Positions 55,285 to 62,514 of a stretch of 64,000 bases of DNA are shown piece by piece (the stretch's first letter is position 1; each line of letters begins with the position of its first letter). The position numbers were made by a program, and so were the translations under genes. The stretch lies in assembly GCA_016790695.1 (NCBI GenBank), contig JAEUOS010000001.1, positions 822 to 64,821 on the forward strand, read 5' to 3'. Origin of the DNA: Burkholderiales bacterium. GTDB lineage: Bacteria > Pseudomonadota > Gammaproteobacteria > Burkholderiales > JAEUOS01. Under the pieces are notes generated by a model that searched no databases, was not told the origin of the DNA, and saw only the letters and a list, made by a program, of their open reading frames with translations.

Positions 55285-56262
55285 CTACTCGAACACCCTG
55301 TCGACGCGCGCGAGAAACGCCGGCGGAACCGCGAGGCCGATCTCCTTGGCCGATTTCAGGTTGAGCGCGATCTCGAACTTGCGCGGCTGCTGCACCGGCA
55401 GATCCGCCGGCTTCGCGCCCTTCATGATCCGGTCCACGTAGTAGGCCGCCAGGTGCGCCTGTTCTTCCCTGGAACTCGAATAGGACAGGAGGCCGCCCAC
55501 ATTCGAGAACAATTGCCCGGGTGCGCCCGCCGGCAGGCGATGCCGTTGCGCCAGTTCGGCCACGCGTCGCTGCGGCAGGCTGGGCTGCACGACCAGCGCG
55601 TCGACCCGTGCCTTCGCCAGGGTCTCGACGGCTGCCTCCAGCTGGTCCGGGCCCCGCACCGCATGGACCATGAGCGTGACGCCCAACCGGCGACCGGCCG
55701 CCTCCACGTGCTCGAGAAAGATCCGTGTGAACGAGTCATCCGCGTTGGCCAGCACGCCGATGCGCCTGGCGGCGGGCATCATGTCCTTGAGGAGCTCGAG
55801 CGTCTTGCCCGCCAGTTCCCCCACTGCCGCGGACACGCCGGTCACATTGCCGCCGGGGCGCGCCAGGCTCGCCACCAGGCCGGTCGCCACCGGATCGGCC
55901 GTCGGGGCCATCACGATCGGGATCGTCGCGGTCGCCCGCTTGGCGGCCAGCGCGAACGGGGTCTGCACCGCAACGATGACATCGACGTTGAGCGCGAGCA
56001 GTTCGGCGGCGAGCCGGGGCAGCGCGTCGCCCCCGCCCTCCACCCAGCGCGCCTCGATCGTGAGGTTCCTGCCTTCCACGTAGCCCAGGGCGCGCATCTG
56101 TCCGGCGAACGACACCAGCCATTCGGCGTTGCCGGCCGCCGATCCGGGCCCGAAGATGCCGATGCGCGCGGTGCGCGCGCCTTGTGCGCGCACCGCGCAA
56201 GACAGCGGGCCGGCAAGCATGCCCGCGCCGATCGCGAGTACCGCCTGGCGACGACCCTTCAT
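55285..56262 (-). CDS. ABC-transporter-type periplasmic binding protein (COG2984 / PF04392 family), orphan paralogue
   Basis: RIGIFGPGS..., RPGGNVTGV and GAKPADLPVQQPRKFEIALNLKSA. GGAGG RBS before the ATG at 56262. The rest of the 55285..58422 track ORF is an artefact. Confidence 0.8.
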   Translation of the reverse strand: MKGRRQAVLAIGAGMLAGPLSCAVRAQGARTARIGIFGPGSAAGNAEWLVSFAGQMRALGYVEGRNLTIEARWVEGGGDALPRLAAELLALNVDVIVAVQTPFALAAKRATATIPIVMAPTADPVATGLVASLARPGGNVTGVSAAVGELAGKTLELLKDMMPAARRIGVLANADDSFTRIFLEHVEAAGRRLGVTLMVHAVRGPDQLEAAVETLAKARVDALVVQPSLPQRRVAELAQRHRLPAGAPGQLFSNVGGLLSYSSSREEQAHLAAYYVDRIMKGAKPADLPVQQPRKFEIALNLKSAKEIGLAVPPAFLARVDRVFE

Positions 56263-56382
56263 CGAACCTCCGCGTGGTTGGCGGACATTATGCCTGCGCC
56301 CGCCGCGAAGCCCGTTTCGGGTGGATAATGCTGCATTGCGGCCGGGGATTCCGGCGCCCTGTTCTTCCGCCGGGAGGTTTCC

Positions 56383-57324
56383 ATGTCCAAACTGCGCATC
56401 GAAGGTTCCTTCGTCGCCTCCGTCACCCCGTTCAACGCCCAGGGCGGCATCGATTTCGGCGCGTTTCGCGAGCTGATCGATTTCCAGCGCCGCAACGGCA
56501 CGGTCGCCATGCTGTTCATGGGCTCGACCGGCGAGCCGTCGCTGCTGACGCCGGAGGAGAAGAAGACGCTGGTGGTCGAGACGGCGAAGATGAAGCCGGC
56601 CGGCATGCACTTCTTCTACGGCTGCACCGGCAACACGCCCGAGCAGGTGATCGACAACATCAAGTGGGCCCGCGCCAACGGCGGCGACGGCGCCATCATC
56701 GCGGCGCCGCCCTACATCTGCGGCCCGGAAGACGACATCGAGGCGTTCTTCCTGGAAGTCGCCGACGCCACCGACCTGCCGCTGGGCATCTACAACAACC
56801 CGCCGCGCATCAAGACCGATCTGCACTGGGATCACCTGCTGCGCATCTTCAGGCATCCGAACTACGTGATCCACAAGGAATCGACCACGCGCGTCGGCCA
56901 GGTCGCGCAGATCCTCGCGGCGCGACCGGACGTCACGGTGATGTGCTGCGATTCGCCGAGCCTGGGCCTGGTGGTGCCGACCATGTCGCTGGGCGGGCAC
57001 GGCACCGCCAACATGGGCGGCAACATCATGCCGGCCGAGATGGCGGCGATCTCGGCGCCGTGGAAGAGCTATGCCGAGGCCGCGACCTTCCGCGACACCT
57101 ACCTGCGCGTGCTGCCGCTCCTGCACTTCAACTACTCGGCGATCAACCCGGTCGCGATCAAGAGCCTGATGCGCGCGGTCGGGCTGCCGGTGGGGGCGCT
57201 GCGCAAGCCGCTCAAGCCCCTCGAGGGCGAGGCGCTGGCGCGCGGCGTGCGCATCGTGCGCGACCTGGGACTGGACAAGCAGTACGGCTGGTCGATCGAG
57301 CCCAAGCTCGCGCGCGCTGCCTGA
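56383..57324 (+). CDS. Dihydrodipicolinate synthase/N-acetylneuraminate lyase-family (DapA-like) class I aldolase
   Basis: 313 aa. VTPFNAQGGIDF...GSTGE motif and an active-site-lysine context in the (beta/alpha)8 body (HKES). Specific substrate not assignable. Confidence 0.82.
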   Translation: MSKLRIEGSFVASVTPFNAQGGIDFGAFRELIDFQRRNGTVAMLFMGSTGEPSLLTPEEKKTLVVETAKMKPAGMHFFYGCTGNTPEQVIDNIKWARANGGDGAIIAAPPYICGPEDDIEAFFLEVADATDLPLGIYNNPPRIKTDLHWDHLLRIFRHPNYVIHKESTTRVGQVAQILAARPDVTVMCCDSPSLGLVVPTMSLGGHGTANMGGNIMPAEMAAISAPWKSYAEAATFRDTYLRVLPLLHFNYSAINPVAIKSLMRAVGLPVGALRKPLKPLEGEALARGVRIVRDLGLDKQYGWSIEPKLARAA

Positions 57325-57384
57325 ACGCGCGCCGCAGCGCCACCAGGCCGCCCGGGGGCGGCCTTTTTTGACCCTGGAGCATCG

Positions 57385-58353
57385 ATGACGCCGATCCTGA
57401 AGTCCTTCCTGGCCGCCGGCCTCGTGGCCCTCGCCGCGGGCGCGGGCGCGCAGACCTATCCCGCGAAGCCGGTGCGCATCGTCGTGCCCTACCCGCCCGG
57501 CGGCACCGTCGACGTGGTCGCGCGGGTGGTCGCGCAGCGCCTCGGCGAGCAGACCGGCCAGCAGTTCATCGTCGACAACCGCGCCGGCGCCAACGGCACG
57601 GTGGGCAGCGACCACGTCGCCAAGGCGGCGCCGGACGGCTACACGCTGCTGGTGCAGGCATCGATCTTCGTCGCCAACCCGCTGTTCCTGCCCAACGTCC
57701 CCTACGACGTGCAGAAGGACTTCACGCCGGTGGTCAACCTCGGGTCGGTGCCGCTGCTGGTGACGGCGCACCCGTCGGTGCCGGCGACGAACCTGCGCGA
57801 GTTCCTCGCGCTGGTCAAGGCCGACGTCAAGAAGTATGCGTTCGCGACCTCGGGCCTGGGCTCGGCCGGGCATCTGTCCGAGGAGACCATCAAGCGCCAG
57901 GCCGGCGTCGCCGACATGCTGATCGTGCCCTACAAGGGCGCCGGGCCGGCGCTGTCGGACCTGGTCGGCGGCCAGGTGAGCGCGATGATCGACCCGCTGC
58001 CGTCGTCCTACCCGCTGGTCCGCGGCGGCAAGCTCAAGGCGCTCGCGGTCACCGGCGCGAAGCGCGTGCCCTTCCTGCCCGCCGTGCCGACGGTGGCCGA
58101 ATCCGGGCTGCCCGGCTTCGAGATGGTGTCCTGGTACGGCATCTGGGGGCCGCCGGGCCTGCCGCGCGAGATCGTCAGCCGACTGGCGGGCGAGGCGGCG
58201 AAGGCGGTGCGCTCGCCGCAGGCCGGCGAGCGCCTCGGCGACCAGGGCTTCGAACCGTCGGGCGCCGGACCCGAGGCGTTCGCCGCCTACATCCGCGACG
58301 AGATCGGCCGCTACGCGAAGATCATCCGCGAGGCCAACATCAAGGTCGAGTAG
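57385..58353 (+). CDS. Bug/TctC-family substrate-binding protein (7 of 7)
   Basis: Signal peptide, then YPAKPVRIVVPYPPGGTVD...VDNRAGANG. Confidence 0.9.
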   Translation: MTPILKSFLAAGLVALAAGAGAQTYPAKPVRIVVPYPPGGTVDVVARVVAQRLGEQTGQQFIVDNRAGANGTVGSDHVAKAAPDGYTLLVQASIFVANPLFLPNVPYDVQKDFTPVVNLGSVPLLVTAHPSVPATNLREFLALVKADVKKYAFATSGLGSAGHLSEETIKRQAGVADMLIVPYKGAGPALSDLVGGQVSAMIDPLPSSYPLVRGGKLKALAVTGAKRVPFLPAVPTVAESGLPGFEMVSWYGIWGPPGLPREIVSRLAGEAAKAVRSPQAGERLGDQGFEPSGAGPEAFAAYIRDEIGRYAKIIREANIKVE

Positions 58354-58422
58354 GCAGGGCCCGCGCCGCGCGCGCCGCCGCGGCGGCGGCAGCGGCCCCG
58401 CGCCGTGGCACGACAGTTGCAT

Positions 58423-58450
58423 CGGCTCCTGCTCAACGTAGCAGGAGCCG
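58423..58450 (+). promoter_or_regulatory. Perfect 10-11 bp stem-loop that sequesters the nasT Shine-Dalgarno sequence
   Basis: cGGCTCCTGC-tcaacgta-GCAGGAGCCg. The 3' arm contains AGGAG, 7 nt upstream of the ATG at 58455. There is no U-tract after it. Confidence 0.5.
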
Positions 58451-58454
58451 CGCG

Positions 58455-59027
58455 ATGCGCATTCTGGTGGTCGACGAGAACGCGGAGCGTGCCGACATCG
58501 TGGCGCAGGGCCTGGCCGGCGCGGGGCACGAACTGATCGTGCGCCAGGAGTCCGCGCTCGAACTGCTGCGCGCGATCGACGAACACCGGCCGGACGCGAT
58601 CATCATCGGCGCCGATTCGCCCTCGCGCGACACGCTCGAGCACGTCGCGCTGGCCACGCGCGACACGCCGCGCCCGATCGTCATGTTCGTCGACGACAGC
58701 GACGCGGACGACATCGCCGCCGCGATCGGCTCGGGCGTGTCCGCCTACATCGTCGACGGGCTCGGCACCTCGCGGGTCAAGTCGATCGTCGACGTCGCCG
58801 TCGCGCGCTTCGCGGCGCACCGGCGCCTGGTCGAGGAACTCGACCAGACGCGCGAGAAACTCGCCGAGCGCACGCTGATCGAGCGCGCCAAGGGCATCCT
58901 CATGCAGCGCCGCAACCTCGCGGAGGACGAGGCGTTCCGCGTCCTGCGCTCGCAGGCGATGAAGAAGCAGCAACGCCTGGCGGACGTCGCGCGCGCGCTG
59001 ATCGACTCGGCCGACCTCCTCGGCTGA
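58455..59027 (+). CDS. nasT: ANTAR-domain antiterminator with pseudo-receiver domain (NasT)
   Basis: 190 aa. REC-like N-terminus (MRILVVDEN...). C-terminal ANTAR (LAERTLIERAKGILMQRRNLAEDEAFRVLRSQAMKKQQRLADVA). Located upstream of nrtABD-nirB. Confidence 0.9.
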   Translation: MRILVVDENAERADIVAQGLAGAGHELIVRQESALELLRAIDEHRPDAIIIGADSPSRDTLEHVALATRDTPRPIVMFVDDSDADDIAAAIGSGVSAYIVDGLGTSRVKSIVDVAVARFAAHRRLVEELDQTREKLAERTLIERAKGILMQRRNLAEDEAFRVLRSQAMKKQQRLADVARALIDSADLLG

Positions 59028-59265
59028 CGCGCGCGACGCCCCGGTTTTGTGCGTCGCAGCACCGCAACTGCGCGTGCGCTTGCGGGCCGCGCGCTGCGGC
59101 AGGCGACACCGACCAGCGGGAACACGGGCACGGACGTCACGGACGGCCCGGCGAACACGAGCGGCGACGGCCCTCGCGCCGTCCGTTGACCGATGACTGG
59201 CACGGCGTTTGCATGATCCCATGCAGAGACGGCGCGCCAACGGCGGTGCGCCGTCCGTGGACAAA

Positions 59266-59330
59266 GGCGTTCATTCGTGTCGCGCGCGCTGCCTGGCAGC
59301 CGCGAGCGGTTCGAGTGCACGCCTTTTTTG
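59266..59330 (+). terminator. Intrinsic terminator in the nrtA leader (candidate NasT-controlled attenuator)
   Basis: Long imperfect hairpin (GGCGT...GCTGCC-T-GGCAGC...ACGCC) followed directly by TTTTTTGCTTTCG. It ends ~30 nt before the nrtA start codon. Confidence 0.6.
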
Positions 59331-59359
59331 CTTTCGTTGCCCGTGACAAGGAAGACGCC

Positions 59360-60661
59360 ATGACCATCCCCGCAAGCAACGCCGCCGACACCGGCGCGCC
59401 GGCTGCGCCCGCCGCCGCCCCCGACACCCGGCGGCGCTTTCTCTCCGCCGCCACCACCCTGACAGGAGCAGGACTGATGAGCATGCTGACACCGGGCATC
59501 CGCGGCGCGGCCTACGCGGCCGGCTCCGACGCGCCCGAGAAGAAGGAAGTCAAGGTCGGCTTCATCCCGCTCACCGACTGCGCCTCGGTGGTGATGGCCT
59601 CGGTGCTCAAGATCGACGAGAAGTACGGCGTCAAGATCATCCCGACCAAGGAGGCCTCGTGGGCCGGCGTGCGCGACAAGCTCGTCAACGGCGAACTCGA
59701 CATGGCGCACGTGCTGTGGGGCCTGATCTACGGCGTGCAGATGGGGATCGGCGGCCCGAAGAAGGACATGGCGATCCTGATGAACCTCAACCACAACGGC
59801 CAGGCGATCACGCTGTCGAAGAAGCTCGCCGACAAGGGCGCGGTCGACGGGCCGGGCCTGGCCAAGCTGATGGCCGCGGAAAAGCGCGACTACACGTTCG
59901 CGCAGACCTTCCCGACCGGCACCCACGCGATGTGGCTGTACTACTGGCTCGCCGCGCACGGCATCAACCCGATGAAGGACGCCAAGGTGATCACCGTGCC
60001 GCCGCCGCAGATGGTCGCCAACATGCGGGTCGGCAACATGGACGGCTACTGCGTGGGCGAGCCCTGGAACCACCGCGCGATCGCCGACGGCATCGGCATC
60101 ACCGCGACCACCACCCAGGACATCTGGCGCGACCATCCGGAGAAGGCGCTCGGCGCCCAGCTGGACTTCGTGAAGAAGAACCCGAACACCTGCCGCGCGG
60201 TCGTCGCCGCAATCATCGAGGCCGGCAAGTGGATCGACGCCAGCCTGTCGAACAAGAACCGGATGGCCGAGACCGTCGCCGACCGCGCCTACGTCAACAC
60301 CTCGGTCGACGTGATCAACCAGCGCATCCTCGGCCGCTACCAGAACGGCCTCGGCAAGACCTGGGACGATCCCAACCACATGAAGTTCTACAACGACGGC
60401 GCGGTCACCTTCCCCTATCTGTCCGACGGCATGTGGTTCCTGACCCAGCACAAGCGCTGGGGCCTGCTCAAGGAGGACCCCGACTATCTCGCCGTCGCGC
60501 GCCAGGTCAACCAGATCGCGCTCTACAGGGAGGCCGCGGCCGCCGCCAAGGCCAGCGTGCCGAAGAGCGAGATGCGCGCCGCGAAGCTGGTCGACGGCGT
60601 GGTGTGGGAAGGCAAGGACCCGAAGAAGTACGCGGCCGGATTCAAGATCCACGTCGCTTGA
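59360..60661 (+). CDS. nrtA: Nitrate/nitrite ABC transporter substrate-binding protein (NrtA/CmpA family) with Tat signal
   Basis: RRRFLSAATTLTGAGL Tat motif. KVGFIPLTDCA... NrtA-family core. AAGGAAG RBS. Confidence 0.9.
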   Translation: MTIPASNAADTGAPAAPAAAPDTRRRFLSAATTLTGAGLMSMLTPGIRGAAYAAGSDAPEKKEVKVGFIPLTDCASVVMASVLKIDEKYGVKIIPTKEASWAGVRDKLVNGELDMAHVLWGLIYGVQMGIGGPKKDMAILMNLNHNGQAITLSKKLADKGAVDGPGLAKLMAAEKRDYTFAQTFPTGTHAMWLYYWLAAHGINPMKDAKVITVPPPQMVANMRVGNMDGYCVGEPWNHRAIADGIGITATTTQDIWRDHPEKALGAQLDFVKKNPNTCRAVVAAIIEAGKWIDASLSNKNRMAETVADRAYVNTSVDVINQRILGRYQNGLGKTWDDPNHMKFYNDGAVTFPYLSDGMWFLTQHKRWGLLKEDPDYLAVARQVNQIALYREAAAAAKASVPKSEMRAAKLVDGVVWEGKDPKKYAAGFKIHVA

Positions 60662-60686
60662 GGCCGCGATGGCCAGGGAGGACAGC

Positions 60687-61622
60687 ATGAGCGCAGTACT
60701 GAATCCCGCGATCGGCAAGACGCCGATGCGGGCGATCGACGGCGCGGCTCCGGTGACGCCGCGCACCGGGACGGCGCCGGCCGCGGCGCCCCCGGCCGCG
60801 TCCGCCGCGGCACCGGCGCCGCGGCCCGCGGCGGTCCCCGCATCGGTCCTGGCCGAACGCCGCGCGCGCGCCGCGCGCGTGGTCGCGCCGCTGGCCGGCT
60901 TCGCCGTGTTCGTTCTCGTGTGGCAGATGATCGCGCACGGCAACAGCGCGATTCCCGGCCCGGCGAAGGTGTGGGACGCGGCGCTCGCGATCTTCGGCGA
61001 CCCGTTCTATCGCAAGGGCCCGAACGACCAGGGCATCGGCTGGAACGTGCTCGCGAGCCTCGGCCGCGTCGGCATCGGCTTCGGGCTGGCCGCCGCGATC
61101 GGCATCCCGCTGGGCTTCATGATCGGGCGCTTCCGCTTCCTCGACCACATGTCGGGCCCGATCATCAGCCTGCTGCGCCCGGTCTCGCCGCTGGCCTGGC
61201 TGCCGATCGGCCTGCTGGTGTTCAAGGCCGCCAATCCGGCGGCGATCTGGACCATCTTCATCTGCTCGGTGTGGCCGATGATCATCAACACCGCGGCCGG
61301 CGTGCGCCAGATCCCGCAGGACTACATGAACGTCGCCAAGGTGCTCAACCTCTCCGAGTGGAAGGTGTTCACGAAGATCCTGTTCCCCGCGGTCCTGCCG
61401 TTCGTGCTCACCGGGGTGCGGCTGTCGATCGGCGTCGCCTGGCTGGTGATCGTCGCCGCCGAGATGCTCACCGGCGGCGTCGGCATCGGCTTCTGGGTGT
61501 GGGACGAGTGGAACAACCTGAACGTCGCCCACATCATCATCGCGATCTTCACCATCGGCATCGTCGGCCTCGCGCTCGAGGTCGGCATGGTGGCGCTCGC
61601 GCGCCGTTTCGAATACGCCTGA
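60687..61622 (+). CDS. nrtB: Nitrate ABC transporter permease
   Basis: Polytopic protein with the EAA-like loop of the NrtB/SsuC family. I prefer the ATG at 60687 (GGGAGGA RBS) over 60669. Confidence 0.85.
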   Translation: MSAVLNPAIGKTPMRAIDGAAPVTPRTGTAPAAAPPAASAAAPAPRPAAVPASVLAERRARAARVVAPLAGFAVFVLVWQMIAHGNSAIPGPAKVWDAALAIFGDPFYRKGPNDQGIGWNVLASLGRVGIGFGLAAAIGIPLGFMIGRFRFLDHMSGPIISLLRPVSPLAWLPIGLLVFKAANPAAIWTIFICSVWPMIINTAAGVRQIPQDYMNVAKVLNLSEWKVFTKILFPAVLPFVLTGVRLSIGVAWLVIVAAEMLTGGVGIGFWVWDEWNNLNVAHIIIAIFTIGIVGLALEVGMVALARRFEYA

Positions 61623-61639
61623 TCCCGCAAGGAGCCGCC

Positions 61640-62476
61640 ATGGTACCGATCTCCCAGCCCCCCAAGCCGGCACCGGTCAAGGACCCCGCCCGCTACCTGT
61701 CGGTCCAGGGCGCCGGCATGGTGTTCGACACGCGCAACGGCGCGTTCTGCGCCCTCCGCGACATCGACCTCGACGTCGCGCGCGGCGAGTTCGTGTCCCT
61801 GATCGGCCACTCCGGCTGCGGCAAGTCGACGCTGCTCAACCTCGTCGCGGGGCTCGCGCGCCCCACCAGCGGCGCGCTGCTGTGCGCCGAGCGCGAGATC
61901 GCCGGGCCCGGGCCCGACCGCGCGGTGGTGTTCCAGAACCACTCGCTCCTGCCGTGGATGACCTGCTTCGACAACGTCCACCTCGCCGTCGAGCGGGTGT
62001 TCGGCGGCAGCGAGCCGAAGGCGCGGCTCAAGGCGCGCACCCACGACGCGCTCGCGCTCGTCGGGCTCGCGCACGCCGAGCACAAGCGCCCGGGCGAGAT
62101 CTCCGGCGGCATGAAGCAGCGCGTCGGCATCGCGCGCGCGCTGGCGATGCAGCCCAACATGCTGCTGCTCGACGAGCCGTTCGGCGCGCTCGACGCGCTC
62201 ACCCGCGCCACGCTGCAGGACGAGCTGATGCGCATCGTCGCGGCCACCGGCAGCACCGTGCTGATGGTGACCCACGACGTCGACGAGGCGGTGCTGCTGT
62301 CGGACCGCATCGTGATGATGACCAACGGCCCGGCGGCCACCATCGGCGAGATCCTGCCGGTGCCGCTGCCGCGGCCGCGCGACCGGCTCGCGCTCTCGCA
62401 CGACCCGGTGTTCATCGACTGCCGCTCGGCCGTGCTCGAGTTCCTCTACCAGAAGCAGAAGAAGACGGCCGCCTGA
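61640..62476 (+). CDS. nrtD: Nitrate ABC transporter ATP-binding protein
   Basis: Walker A GHSGCGKST, signature ISGGMKQRV, Walker B LLLDEPFGALD. AAGGAG RBS. Confidence 0.9.
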   Translation: MVPISQPPKPAPVKDPARYLSVQGAGMVFDTRNGAFCALRDIDLDVARGEFVSLIGHSGCGKSTLLNLVAGLARPTSGALLCAEREIAGPGPDRAVVFQNHSLLPWMTCFDNVHLAVERVFGGSEPKARLKARTHDALALVGLAHAEHKRPGEISGGMKQRVGIARALAMQPNMLLLDEPFGALDALTRATLQDELMRIVAATGSTVLMVTHDVDEAVLLSDRIVMMTNGPAATIGEILPVPLPRPRDRLALSHDPVFIDCRSAVLEFLYQKQKKTAA

Positions 62477-62514
62477 GTCCCGCGCGCCCGTCTCCCCCCA
62501 GGTCAGACCACCCC

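Noticed and set aside
59028-59359. A canonical ANTAR dual-hexaloop recognition motif in the nrtA leader.
   Set aside because: The hairpins I can fold have 4-, 8- or 12-nt loops, or a GATCCC hexaloop. None shows the A-at-1/G-at-4 hexaloop pair. I report the leader as structured and terminator-containing, but I do not annotate an ANTAR site.
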